From Nitrospirota bacterium (lineage in GTDB: Bacteria; Nitrospirota; UBA9217), in NCBI GenBank assembly GCA_029858565.1, contig JAOUEV010000016.1:1-55840 (forward strand): a stretch of 55,840 bases of DNA. The letters are read 5' to 3'. Positions 1 through 9,470 of the stretch are shown here, in pieces. Numbering within the stretch: the first letter of the stretch is position 1; every line of letters begins with the position of its first letter. The position numbers and the translations under genes were made by a program. Under the pieces are notes generated by a model. It saw only the letters and a list, made by a program, of their open reading frames with translations, was not told where the DNA came from and did no database searches.

Positions 1-228
1 GGCCGAGTTTTCGCGGACGAGCGGACGTGGCCTTAGACGGGTCCAAAATTTCGTTCAGGCTGCGAAGGAGATATGCAAAAAAGCCATAGGACCACAAATA
101 GTACCCACACAAAACCCGGAAGACCCTTATTTTTATAGCTTCTCAAGGACTCAAATTTCCATGAAACTTTACGGAAAGAGGGATTTCTGCTATAGTAATT
201 CCGTCACGTTTGCGACGGGGATTCCGCA

Positions 229-627
229 ATGATCATGAAATACTTCATCGCCTGGTTCGGAATGATGGTGCTGGCAGTCCTGAACGGCGCTCTCCGCGAT
301 TTCGCGTATCAGCCGCACCTTGGCGAACTCGCGGGCCACCAGATTTCCACGGTCATCCTCCTCCTGCTGCTGTTCGCCGGCTATTTCCGGTTCCTGACCA
401 GGCGGTGGCCCATCGAATCCGGTAGGCAGGCCTGGGCCATCGGGACCATGTGGTTTCTGATGACCGAAGCGTTCGAGTTCGGCATGATCCTGATGACCTC
501 TGCGCACCCTTGGGACAAGATCTTCGAATCCTATTCCCTGTTCGAAGGGCAAGTATGGCTATTTGTTCCCCTGTGGGTGCTGATCGGACCCTATGTGTTT
601 TATCGCCTTGGACGAAAAGATAGCTGA
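229..627 (+). CDS. Hypothetical 4-TM membrane protein
   Basis: 132-aa ORF with several hydrophobic segments and host-like GC-rich codon usage. Confidence 0.7.
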   Translation: MIMKYFIAWFGMMVLAVLNGALRDFAYQPHLGELAGHQISTVILLLLLFAGYFRFLTRRWPIESGRQAWAIGTMWFLMTEAFEFGMILMTSAHPWDKIFESYSLFEGQVWLFVPLWVLIGPYVFYRLGRKDS

Positions 628-844
628 GGTTAAGAATCACGCATATTTGTTTCTTCCTGAAGTGTGTTCTTTACGGTGAGGACATGGTGTGCTTATTTCA
701 AGCTGAACCTGTGAACATTCCAGGATTCCAAGTCTGCCCCTCTGTGGTTCCATACCTGTTTTATCAGGGTGTGTTATGTATCTCAAAATCCGACAGTATG
801 AAAAGAAAGGTGTTGGCCAAAAAGATAGAAAAAAACAGCGACAT

Positions 845-904
845 TTGTAACCATTCGGCTCTAGAGGGTCGCAAAAACCTCGCCTCTCAGCAGAGCCGTT
901 AGTC
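845..904 (+). mobile_element. attC-like recombination site (degenerate)
   Basis: TTGTAAC-CATTC-GGCTCTAGAGGG...CCTCTCAGC-AGAGCC-GTTAGTC: R''/L''/L'/R' layout, 60 bp, directly followed by RBS AGGAG and ATG 919. Confidence 0.7.
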
Positions 905-918
905 AGGAGATAAGAAAT

Positions 919-1269
919 ATGATCAGGTACAAAAAACTGATATTACTGTTAGTTGTTTTTGGTTCAATTCATCTACTCTTTACAAGCATTGCAGGCCCAG
1001 CACTCAGCAAATGGCTATTTGAGCAATCAATTGAATCTAAATTACTTCCCACCAATCAGGCAACTTATTTGATTGCGTTCTTTCAATATGCAGCGATTAT
1101 AATCTGGATTCCCGTGTCTATATGGATTTATAAGGACTCAAAAAAAGAGCTATTCGCGCCTCTCCTTTGGTCAATATTAGTTCTGATAGCTCATTATCAA
1201 GGCTTAATCATTTATCTCTTGGTTTTGCTCTTAACTGACAAAGAAAGAGTGTCTGAATGCAAGTTCTAA
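919..1269 (+). CDS. Cassette-like hypothetical membrane protein
   Basis: AT-rich 116-aa hydrophobic ORF; its stop TAA lies inside TTCTAAC (R''-like), which is complementary to the upstream GTTAG. Confidence 0.7.
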   Translation: MIRYKKLILLLVVFGSIHLLFTSIAGPALSKWLFEQSIESKLLPTNQATYLIAFFQYAAIIIWIPVSIWIYKDSKKELFAPLLWSILVLIAHYQGLIIYLLVLLLTDKERVSECKF

Positions 1270-1484
1270 CAATTGTAGGTGATCCGTTATTTGGTTGGTT
1301 CTTCCTGAAATTGAGATTCCGTGAATGGCATGACGGATTATACGTTACAAGGGCTAATTGGTCGTTGGAGTCGGCATAGGTAAGCGAGTCACAGGCATTA
1401 TTCTTGCTAAACTCTTCAAGTACGGAAATCTGTTGTTACAGAGTTAGAGCTAACTCGACACCCACTGGTTGTACGGGAGATAAT

Positions 1485-2168
1485 ATGAACACATGCCCGC
1501 ATTGTAGTAAAGGAATCTATTTTGAAGAGTCCGGAATATCTGCATACTCATATGATACAGAGAAAAAGACGGCAAAAGAAGATGGGTACGCAATAACGCA
1601 TGGCTTTTGTCCTGCTTGCCATCAATTAATTGTACTCCTTCAAGAAGGGAAATATAAAGAGACTCAATATGGGACAACCCTAGAGGATGTTTCTTCCGAG
1701 GAGATACTTTACCCGAAAGCTGCAACAAAACCAGTCCAGCCGGAGGTACCTGATATATACAAAAATGACTTTCTAGAAGCGGTCTCTGTCCTTAACCTCA
1801 GCCCAAAAGCGAGTGCCGCTATCAGCAGGCGACTGCTTCAGTGTGTTCTAAGGGAAGAGCTAAAGGTAAAGAAATCTAGTCTCGCAAAAGAGATTGACGA
1901 TTTCCTAAAAATGAAAACTGCACCATCTTATCTTGCGGAGGCTATCGATGCAGTTAGGCAGGTCGGTAATTTTGCAGCTCATCCTGAAAAAGACATTTCT
2001 ACAGGGGAAATTGTTGATGTCGAAAATGGCGAGGCCGAGTGGCTCCTTGATGTGCTAGAAGCTCTTTTTGATTTCACCTTTGTCCAACCCAAGAGACTAA
2101 AACAACGGAGAGATAATCTTAACGAAAAACTATCACGCATCGGAAAACCACCAGCAAAGAATGAATAG
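1485..2168 (+). CDS. DUF4145 (HEPN-like) domain protein with N-terminal Zn ribbon
   Basis: CPHC...CPAC; ASAAISRRLLQ; AIDAVRQVGNFAAH motif typical of DUF4145; RBS GGGAGA before ATG 1485 (ORF-track start 1404 is probably too long). Confidence 0.8.
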   Translation: MNTCPHCSKGIYFEESGISAYSYDTEKKTAKEDGYAITHGFCPACHQLIVLLQEGKYKETQYGTTLEDVSSEEILYPKAATKPVQPEVPDIYKNDFLEAVSVLNLSPKASAAISRRLLQCVLREELKVKKSSLAKEIDDFLKMKTAPSYLAEAIDAVRQVGNFAAHPEKDISTGEIVDVENGEAEWLLDVLEALFDFTFVQPKRLKQRRDNLNEKLSRIGKPPAKNE

Positions 2169-2240
2169 TCCGCCTTTATTGAGACTTGATGTCATCGCTA
2201 GCTTTTTTAAGATCAATCCGATTATATACAAGGAGAAAAT

Positions 2241-2582
2241 ATGAAAATCGAACCAAAATTCTATCGTGTGCGTGTATCAGAAGGTTCACTTGCTGCGGGA
2301 TTAATATGCATCACCTCAAATTTTGATGCAGGAAAGCAGTTTGTTGGCATTGAATATTATGCCCTTGTATGGTCCTTTGATGATACCGTTTTCAGTATTC
2401 CCAGTTCGCGCCAAGCGACCTTTCAGGAAGAACTGAGAGTCCTTCACCATGCAATATCGACATATGAAGGCAAGAGGGTCGATGAGACAAAACACATCGA
2501 AACAAAACTCAAAGAGGCTTATGGCTCTGCTGTCACAGTTACTTTTGAGGAAATCCAAGCGATACCATCTTTAGCGAAGTAA
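2241..2582 (+). CDS. Cassette-like hypothetical protein
   Basis: 113-aa AT-rich ORF with AAGGAG RBS. Confidence 0.65.
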   Translation: MKIEPKFYRVRVSEGSLAAGLICITSNFDAGKQFVGIEYYALVWSFDDTVFSIPSSRQATFQEELRVLHHAISTYEGKRVDETKHIETKLKEAYGSAVTVTFEEIQAIPSLAK

Positions 2583-2643
2583 TCGAAAGACATCACAAAC
2601 TAAAACCTCGGTTCATCTTTCATGACCAACATATGTCTACCAG

Positions 2644-2702
2644 AAACAACCAGCGCCTCGACAGCGACGCGCCGACGGCGGCGCGTCAGGCGCGTGTTCA
2701 CA
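2644..2702 (+). mobile_element. attC-like recombination site
   Basis: AAC-CAGC-GCCT(C)GAC...GTCAGGC-GCGT-GTT: L''/L' pair with one extra base and a GC-rich central stem; marks the end of the AT-rich island. Confidence 0.7.
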
Positions 2703-2783
2703 TGTCAGTTTCGTTCCGTAATTGTTTATTGTTTCGTCAGGTAGAAACTACAGGCTTGTAGGTGTTATCCGCAGGCAGTCAAA

Positions 2784-3353
2784 TTACGCAAACACCAACG
2801 TCCCTAAGCCGAGCAGGATAAACAGGGCACCGGAGATCGGTGAAATGTACTTGGCGGGAATGAACTTATGCAGCCTTCCTGCGATCAGGACGCCGAGCAG
2901 CGTGGCGGCGCTCAGGGCTGCGAGGCTGCCGAGAAACACGGAAAGAAAGCTCTGATACTTCACGGACAACAGCAGCGTCGCGATCTGGGTCTTGTCCCCC
3001 ATCTCCGAGATCGCGATCAGGCTGAATGCGGTAAGAAATCCCGTACGCGCTGACGGTTTAGCCTCCTCTTTTTCTTCTTCCTCTCCCTTCCGAAACAGCA
3101 TGTACAATCCGAAGGCGATGAATACCCATGCCGAGATCCTTGTAATCAGGTCCTGATCGAGGAGCGATCCCAGCCCCTTGCCGATGATGGCGGCGCTGCC
3201 GGAGAGGAGCGCGAAAGCAAGGAACGCTCCGGCCAGCACCGGCTTCCCGCCGTAGCGAAGCGCCAGGGTGAAGACCATGAGCTGCGTCTTGTCGCCCAAT
3301 TCGGCCGTGAAGATCAGGCCGAAGGATATGAGGAAGATAGATATGAAGGACAT
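2784..3353 (-). CDS. TMEM165/GDT1 (UPF0016) Ca2+/Mn2+ transporter
   Basis: Two copies of the E-x-G-D-K-T motif (AELGDKTQ, SEMGDKTQ) in a 2x3-TM protein. Confidence 0.9.
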   Translation of the reverse strand: MSFISIFLISFGLIFTAELGDKTQLMVFTLALRYGGKPVLAGAFLAFALLSGSAAIIGKGLGSLLDQDLITRISAWVFIAFGLYMLFRKGEEEEKEEAKPSARTGFLTAFSLIAISEMGDKTQIATLLLSVKYQSFLSVFLGSLAALSAATLLGVLIAGRLHKFIPAKYISPISGALFILLGLGTLVFA

Positions 3354-3357
3354 AGGT

Positions 3358-4065
3358 TTACTTCAGCACTTCCTTCTGTTTCTTGATCAGCTGCCTGATC
3401 CCCTTCTCGCCCAGGGCGAGCAGTTTCTCCAGTTCCGCCTTGGAAAAAGGGTCCCCCTCCGCAGTCCCCTGGACCTCGACAATGCCGCCCTTCCCGGTCA
3501 TAACCAGGTTCATGTCTGTTTCAGCGCCTGAGTCCTCGGCATAGCACAGGTCAAGCATGGGCTTGCCTTTCACGATCCCCACGCTCACCGCAGCCAGATG
3601 GTCGATAACAGGGATCTCTGTGATCATGCCCTGCTTCTTCGCGTGCCTGAGCGCGTCCACGAGAGCAATGTAGGCTCCGGTGATGGAGGCCGTGCGCGTG
3701 CCGCCGTCGGCCTCGATCACGTCGCAGTCGATCAATACCGATCGTTCGCCCAGCGCGGTCATGTCAACGACCGACCGGAGCGACCTGCCGATGAGCCGCT
3801 GGATCTCATGGGTCCTGCCGCCGACCTTGGACCGCTCCCGCTGGATGCGCTGGGCTGAGGAGCGGGGCAGCATGGCGTATTCAGCAGTGACCCAGCCGGT
3901 CCCCTTGCCGCGAAGAAAGGGAGGAACGCTGTTCTCGACCGTGGCTGTGCAGATGACCCGGGTGTTGCCCATTTCGATCAGCACCGAGCCTTCGGCGGAC
4001 TTGATGTAGTTCCTGGTGATCTTGATGCTGCGGAGCTCGTCCGCTTTCCTGCCGTCGATGCGCAT
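3358..4065 (-). CDS. rph: Ribonuclease PH
   Basis: MRIDGR..., [30 protein letters not shown]; AGGAG RBS before ATG 4065. Confidence 0.97.
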   Translation of the reverse strand: MRIDGRKADELRSIKITRNYIKSAEGSVLIEMGNTRVICTATVENSVPPFLRGKGTGWVTAEYAMLPRSSAQRIQRERSKVGGRTHEIQRLIGRSLRSVVDMTALGERSVLIDCDVIEADGGTRTASITGAYIALVDALRHAKKQGMITEIPVIDHLAAVSVGIVKGKPMLDLCYAEDSGAETDMNLVMTGKGGIVEVQGTAEGDPFSKAELEKLLALGEKGIRQLIKKQKEVLK

Positions 4066-4080
4066 GAAGCCTCCTAAAGA

Positions 4081-4247
4081 TTTCACTGCCGAATTGAACC
4101 ACGGAGTCACAGAGAGAAGCAAAACCCCAGGACTAGTTCTTAAAGATCAGACCAGCATCGGGTTTGATGTTGTCGTGCTTCGCAGCTTCGTATGAGGATA
4201 GGAGTTGACGTTGCCGTCCTCTGCGTCTCAGTGCCTCTGTGGTGAAA
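4081..4247. repeat. Inverted 9-mer-periodic intergenic element (ACCACGGAGTCACAGAG ... CTCTGCGTCTCAGTGCCTCTGTGGTGAA)
   Basis: Degenerate inverted arms with ~9-nt periodicity between thiD and rph. Confidence 0.6.
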
Positions 4248-4276
4248 AGGGTTGTCTTTTGATCTTAGGTGTATTC

Positions 4277-5044
4277 TCAGAACTGAAAATACTTCGTCCT
4301 TCCCTTACCCGCCGGTCTCGCCTTCTTCAACATCTTTTCCACAAATTGCTTACCCTTTTCCACAGCCTTTTCCACAGGTAATCCCTGTCCTATGAACAGG
4401 GTTATTGCAGCGGAAAGTACGCAGCCTGTGCCGTGAAAATCGCCTTTTTGACGCTCTGTGGAAAACTCAAGCACCTGTTTTCCGCCGTATAACGTATCCA
4501 CAGCCGGACCGGGCCGGTGGCCGCCCTTGATCAGCACGTACTTCGGCCCCAGGTCAAGAAGTTTACCAGCGGCAAAATCCATGTCCTCGTCGTTCCTGAT
4601 CAAGACACCGGTCAGGACCTCTGCTTCGGGGATGTTCGGGGTGACCAGAAGGGCCAGGGGAAGAAGCTGCTCCTTAAGCGCTTTGATGCCATCAGGCCTG
4701 AGCAGGATCCTGCCCGAGGTCGAGCGAACGATCGGATCCACGACAACGTTGCTGATACCATGCTTTTTGACGCTTTTCGCGACTGCCGCCACGGCCTGCC
4801 TTGTCAGGAGCATTCCCGTCTTGATCGCGTCAGGCCGCATGTCGCTCAACAGGACCTCGATCTGTCGGGTGATCGAGGCCGGAGGCACCGGCTCGGTCCC
4901 CGCGACGCCCCTGCTGTTCTGGAACGTGAGCGCGGCAGGTATGGCCATGCCAAAGGCGCCGAGCGCCTGGAAGGTCTTGAGATCAACCTGGATGCCGGCC
5001 CCGCCTGAAGGGTCTGAGCCGGCAATGGAGAGAAGTTTTATCAT
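4277..5044 (-). CDS. thiD: Hydroxymethylpyrimidine/phosphomethylpyrimidine kinase
   Basis: SIAGSDPSGGAGIQ, IKTGML, VTPNIPEAE, KGGH, HGTGC. Confidence 0.95.
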   Translation of the reverse strand: MIKLLSIAGSDPSGGAGIQVDLKTFQALGAFGMAIPAALTFQNSRGVAGTEPVPPASITRQIEVLLSDMRPDAIKTGMLLTRQAVAAVAKSVKKHGISNVVVDPIVRSTSGRILLRPDGIKALKEQLLPLALLVTPNIPEAEVLTGVLIRNDEDMDFAAGKLLDLGPKYVLIKGGHRPGPAVDTLYGGKQVLEFSTERQKGDFHGTGCVLSAAITLFIGQGLPVEKAVEKGKQFVEKMLKKARPAGKGRTKYFQF

Positions 5045-5958
5045 TCCACTTTCAACTTCATCAGCTGCAGCGGGTCCACTTTCGCGCCCTGCACGCGCGC
5101 GCCCCAGTGCAGGTGCGCGCCGGTCGATCTTCCGGTTGAACCGACCTCGGCGATCACGTCGCCCTTCATCACTGCCTGTCCCGGCCGGACATGGATCTTC
5201 GACAGGTGAAAGAACATGGTATAGATCCCCTGTCCGTGGTCAAGGATCACACTGTTCCCGGAAAAGAACTGTTCGTCAACGAACACCACCACGCCGTCAT
5301 TCGGCGCTTTCACCGGCTCCCCCTCGTCAGCGGTCAGGTCCACGCCGGAGTGGGAATTCTTCGGGATATTATTGATGATCCTGCGCACGCCAAAGGGCGT
5401 CCCGATCTCGTGACCCGGCAGCGGGTCAATGAACTTCCCTTCCCACATCCTGAGGGAATCGACCGGCCAGAGAGCGGCCACCCGTTTCTGCTCCCGCTCA
5501 GCCCGCGCCTCGTTCTCCGGCGAAAGGGTGACCTGGTCCTCGCGCAGCGTGAGCCGCTGAAGGGGGAACCTCTTTTTCCAGATCTTCACATCCCGCGAAA
5601 CGCTCTTGCCGCCGAGATTCATCACCAGGGGATATGATCCGGGCTCAGTGTTCAGATCAATGCCAACGATCGCCTTATAGGCTCCCTTGCTCTCGTTGAA
5701 GTGCAGATGCTTCTTCAGGAACGTCCCTTCCACAGGCCCGGAAGCTCCCTTTACCGTTACGACCGCGATGTCGCCGGGACCCGGCTTCTTCGGAGAAATG
5801 GAAACAACCGGCTTTCCCGCTGGAGCCGCAATAACTGGCAGTGCTGCAATGAGACACAGGATCACAATCAAGACCGGAGTTATTCCCCGCCAATCCGCAC
5901 TCCGCACTCCGCACTTCGCACTTGTCTTATTCCGCACTCCGCACTCCGCACTTCGCAC
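5041..5958 (-). CDS. Secreted M23 family metallopeptidase (start uncertain: GTG at 5958, 5937 or 5907 within the repeat)
   Basis: HSGVD and HLH Zn motifs, GSTGRSTGAHLHW, signal-like hydrophobic segment. Confidence 0.9.
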   Translation of the reverse strand: MRSAECGVRNKTSAKCGVRSADWRGITPVLIVILCLIAALPVIAAPAGKPVVSISPKKPGPGDIAVVTVKGASGPVEGTFLKKHLHFNESKGAYKAIVGIDLNTEPGSYPLVMNLGGKSVSRDVKIWKKRFPLQRLTLREDQVTLSPENEARAEREQKRVAALWPVDSLRMWEGKFIDPLPGHEIGTPFGVRRIINNIPKNSHSGVDLTADEGEPVKAPNDGVVVFVDEQFFSGNSVILDHGQGIYTMFFHLSKIHVRPGQAVMKGDVIAEVGSTGRSTGAHLHWGARVQGAKVDPLQLMKLKVE

Positions 5959-6000
5959 TTGTCTTATTCCGCACTTTCACTTCGCACTTGTCTCATTCCG
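5894..6000. repeat. Tandem repeat of TCCGCAC heptamers arranged as 37-bp units (x2 plus a degenerate third)
   Basis: TCCGCACTCCGCACTCCGCACTTCGCACTTGTCTTAT at 5894-5930 and 5931-5967, shorter copy 5968-5996. Confidence 0.95.
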
Positions 6001-6002
6001 TA

Positions 6003-7289
6003 TTATTTTTTCTTGAGGTACTGGCTCACGCCCTTCATGGAGCAGAACTCGCCGCACATGGTACAGACATCGGAGTCCGTGGGCATGCGGGATTCGCGCA
6101 GTTTCCGCGCCCGCTCCGGGTCCACCGACAGTTCGATCTGACCTTTCCAGTCCAGCGCTTTCCTGCGCCGGGCCATCTCGCGGTCCCAGTCCATTGCACC
6201 GGGAACGCCCTTGGCAATGTCCGCGGCATGGGCGGCGATGCGCGAGGCGATGACTCCCTGGCGCACGTCCTCCAGGTCCGGCAGACGCAGGTGCTCCGAA
6301 GGCGTGACATAGCACAGGAAATCCGCGCCAGCAGCACCCGCGATCGCCCCGCCGATGGCTGAGGTGATGTGATCGTATCCCGGCGCCACGTCCGTCACCA
6401 GCGGCCCGAGCACGTAGAACGGCGCGCCCTTGCACAACTCTTTCTGGATCTTGATATTCGTCTCCACCTGGTTGATCGGCACATGGCCCGGCCCCTCGAT
6501 CATGACCTGCACGCCGGCTTCCACGGCGATGTCCCGCAGCTCACCGAGCGTGATCAGTTCCTGGATCTGCGCCCGGTCCGTGGCATCTGCCAGGCAGCCC
6601 GGCCGCATGCCGTCGCCCAGGGAGAGGGTCACATCGAACTTCTTGACGATCTCGACCAGCCGGTCGTACTGGCTGTAGAGAGGGTTCTCCTGTTCGTTCA
6701 CAATGATCCATTCCAGATGGAACGCGCCGCCGCGGCTCACCACGTCCATGATGCGGCCCTGATTTTTGAGACGCTCCACGCTCTCCCGCGTGATGCCGCA
6801 ATGCACGGTGATGAAGTCGACGCCTTCGGCGCACTGTTCTTCGATGACCCGGAACAGGACCTCGGGATCCATCTGGACGATCGCCTTGCCGCCTGCCACG
6901 GTCTCCACCGCCGCCTGGTAGATCGGTACCGTGCCGATGGAGACGGTCGACTGCTTCAGGATCTCTTTTCGTATCTCGATGATCGGCCCGCCTGTTGACA
7001 GGTCCATGACCGCGTCAGCGCCTGCGGCTACAGCGGCCTTCAGCTTGGCGATCTCGTCGGCAACGGACATCTGGTCCTTGGATGTGCCGATATTGGCGTT
7101 GATCTTGGTCCTGAGCCCCCTGCCGATCCCGAGCGGAGTGATGGACTTGTGCGCCTTGTTCCGGGTTATAACGATCGTCCCTTTGGCGATCCCCTCAAGG
7201 ATCGTTCCAGGGCTCACGCTCTCGGCCCGCGCCACAGCCTCCATCTCGGGAGTTATATTGCCTTTACGCGCTTCCAGTATCTGTGTCAT
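6003..7289 (-). CDS. thiC: Phosphomethylpyrimidine synthase
   Basis: TKINANIGTS, MDLSTGG, VSRGG, EGPGHVP, C-terminal CTMCGEFC cluster. Confidence 0.98.
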   Translation of the reverse strand: MTQILEARKGNITPEMEAVARAESVSPGTILEGIAKGTIVITRNKAHKSITPLGIGRGLRTKINANIGTSKDQMSVADEIAKLKAAVAAGADAVMDLSTGGPIIEIRKEILKQSTVSIGTVPIYQAAVETVAGGKAIVQMDPEVLFRVIEEQCAEGVDFITVHCGITRESVERLKNQGRIMDVVSRGGAFHLEWIIVNEQENPLYSQYDRLVEIVKKFDVTLSLGDGMRPGCLADATDRAQIQELITLGELRDIAVEAGVQVMIEGPGHVPINQVETNIKIQKELCKGAPFYVLGPLVTDVAPGYDHITSAIGGAIAGAAGADFLCYVTPSEHLRLPDLEDVRQGVIASRIAAHAADIAKGVPGAMDWDREMARRRKALDWKGQIELSVDPERARKLRESRMPTDSDVCTMCGEFCSMKGVSQYLKKK

Positions 7290-7333
7290 CTATGCACCTC
7301 GGTCCTTTCAGGAACTTCCCGCGCTTCATCCGC

Positions 7334-7993
7334 CTATTCCCGGGGAGCGCAGCACTCGCAGATCGCTTTATCAGACATCCGCATTGCTTCCAGAATGTTC
7401 TCAGCCGCCTTTTTAACATCCTCCGCAGCAAGAATGGCAGATATCATTGATATCCCATCAGCTCCGCACCCAATAACCCTGATAATATTCCCACATTTTA
7501 TACCGCCCAACCCAAAAATAGGTATATTTATATTCTTTTTCAACTCTTTTAGCTCACACAACCCCACCGGAGCACCATATTTTTTCTTTGACGGGGTTTC
7601 AAATATAGGTCCGAATGTTACAAAATCAGCCCCATCATCCTGAGCTGTTATTGCCTCACTTTTGTTGTGTGTTGATGCCCCAATCAGCATTCCGCTTCCC
7701 ACTATAGACCTTACTGCATCAACAGGAATGCTGCTATGCCCCACATGAACACCATCAGCATCTACATTAACAGCTACATCAACCCGGTCATTTATGAATA
7801 ACTTCGCCTGAAACTCTTTCGTAAGCTGCCGCATGTCTTTAGCCAGAGCCAGAAGCTCCCGTACAGGCATGTCCTTTTCCCGTAGCTGTATGGCCCTGAC
7901 CCCGCCTTCCAAGGCCAGCCTCACCGCCTCAATAAGAGGCTTTTTTGTCGCATGGCGGTCGGTTATGAGATAGAGACGAAAATCGATAGCCAC
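7334..7993 (-). CDS. thiE: Thiamine-phosphate synthase
   Basis: LYLITDR, IQLREK, INDRVDVA, GASTH, GPIFETPSK, LGGI. Confidence 0.93.
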   Translation of the reverse strand: MAIDFRLYLITDRHATKKPLIEAVRLALEGGVRAIQLREKDMPVRELLALAKDMRQLTKEFQAKLFINDRVDVAVNVDADGVHVGHSSIPVDAVRSIVGSGMLIGASTHNKSEAITAQDDGADFVTFGPIFETPSKKKYGAPVGLCELKELKKNINIPIFGLGGIKCGNIIRVIGCGADGISMISAILAAEDVKKAAENILEAMRMSDKAICECCAPRE

Positions 7994-8089
7994 AGTAACC
8001 TCAGCTCAAGGATTAAGAGGATTAAGAGGATTAAGGATTATCGACCATTACTCCTCTAGCCCTGCTTCATCTGATCCTCTAATCCTTTA

Positions 8090-8869
8090 TTAGTTTCCTA
8101 TCATTCCTTCCACCGGGCTGCTGGCTGTGGCGTAGAGCTTTTTCGGCATCCTTCCCGCCTTGTACGCCAGCCTTCCGGCAAGCACGCCGTATTTCATGGC
8201 CTCTGCCATCTTGATGGGATCCTTGGCAGCCGAGATTGCCGTGTTCAGGAGCACCGCGTCGCAGCCCAGCTCCATGGCGATCGCCACATCGGACGCTGTG
8301 CCGACCCCCGCGTCAACGATCACCGGCACCTTCACGGTCTCCATGATGATCCGGATATTGTAGGGATTCCTGATGCCGAGCCCTGATCCGATCGGCGCTG
8401 CCAGCGGCATGACCGCGGGACAACCAATGTCCACGAGCTTCCTGGCCATGATCGGATCATCGCTCATGTAGGGCAGCACGATCAGGCCTTCCTTGAGCAG
8501 CACCTTCGCTGCTTCAAGAGTAGCCTCGTTGTCCGGGAAGAGCGTCTTCTCGTCGCCGATCACTTCGAGCTTCACCAGCTTCGTGATGCCCGCCTCGGCA
8601 GCCAGCATGGCGTACCGTATGGCGTCCTTGGCATTGAAGCACCCTGCCGTGTTCGGAAGGATCTTGTATTTCTTCGGGTCAATGAAGTCCAGCAGGTTCT
8701 CCTTGGACTTGTCGATGATGTTCACGCGCCGAACCGCGACCGTGACAACGTCGGTGCCCGAAGCCTCGATGGCCCGCCTCGTCTCGTCAAAATCCTTGTA
8801 CTTGCCCGTGCCCACCCAGAGCCGGGACTGGAACTCTATGCCGCCGATCACCAGCTTATCATTGCTCAT
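8090..8869 (-). CDS. thiG: Thiazole synthase
   Basis: [41 protein letters not shown]. Confidence 0.98.
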   Translation of the reverse strand: MSNDKLVIGGIEFQSRLWVGTGKYKDFDETRRAIEASGTDVVTVAVRRVNIIDKSKENLLDFIDPKKYKILPNTAGCFNAKDAIRYAMLAAEAGITKLVKLEVIGDEKTLFPDNEATLEAAKVLLKEGLIVLPYMSDDPIMARKLVDIGCPAVMPLAAPIGSGLGIRNPYNIRIIMETVKVPVIVDAGVGTASDVAIAMELGCDAVLLNTAISAAKDPIKMAEAMKYGVLAGRLAYKAGRMPKKLYATASSPVEGMIGN

Positions 8870-8912
8870 CGTTCGAAACCTCCAAAATCGTTAAGAGCCG
8901 AAACTACTTTAC

Positions 8913-9050
8913 TCTCGCAAAGCCGCTAAGCCGCAAAGAAAGACGTAGTCCTTTGACGTCCTTGGCGCCTTTGCGTCTTGGCGCGAGAACGCAGTTGCCT
9001 TCATCGCTTGTCCTTGCTTCCCTTCGCGTCCTTCGCGTCTTCGCGGTGAA
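8913..9050. repeat. Inverted 9-mer-periodic elements (TCTCGCAAAGCCGCTAAGCCGCAAAG...CTTGGCGCCTTTGCGTCTTGGCGCGAGA, plus a CTTCGCGTC arm)
   Basis: Same family as 13583, 25618, 46163 and 48160. Confidence 0.85.
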
Positions 9051-9055
9051 CGCCG

Positions 9056-9382
9056 TTATTTATTCCTTTTCTTCTTCGTCTTCTTCTCCACCCCGCCCCG
9101 CCCATGGACCTGGATGTAGCAGTTATAGGATGTCAGCGTCTTGCCGCTCTCGCGGTCCGTGCTGCGCTTGTACACCACCTGGAGCCTGGTCTCTTCATTC
9201 TCGCATGCCAGCAGGTCCTTGAGCCGCGACAGCACGCTGTCCACGAAGGTTTTGCTGCCGGTGATCCTGATGCCGTCCTCGGCGTAGGTGCTGCCCTCAT
9301 GGGTGTATCTGACAGGCTTGGGTGCCAGTTTCTGGTTCGCTCTCAGCTTTGCCCAATGCTTCAGGAACGGTTCCTTTTCCAT
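9056..9382 (-). CDS. Hypothetical basic protein inside the thi operon
   Basis: 108-aa ORF, AGGAGGG RBS, host-like codon usage, co-oriented between thiS and thiG. Confidence 0.75.
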   Translation of the reverse strand: MEKEPFLKHWAKLRANQKLAPKPVRYTHEGSTYAEDGIRITGSKTFVDSVLSRLKDLLACENEETRLQVVYKRSTDRESGKTLTSYNCYIQVHGRGGVEKKTKKKRNK

Positions 9383-9470
9383 GGTTCCCTCCTAAAAAAT
9401 AGAGCGATAAGAGATTACGTGATCAGGTGACAAGCGACGAACGACGATGGCCTTTGTTTTTACTCCGCAC

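Noticed and set aside
1-175. Possible 3' end of an upstream gene (frame 2 open to TGA near 164)
   Set aside because: Too short and truncated; no recognisable motif.
684-902. 72-aa ORF
   Set aside because: No RBS or motif, and it runs through the attC-like site; probably spurious.
5894-6000. 37-bp repeats as a CRISPR array
   Set aside because: Units are contiguous with no spacers, are built from heptamers, and no cas genes are present.
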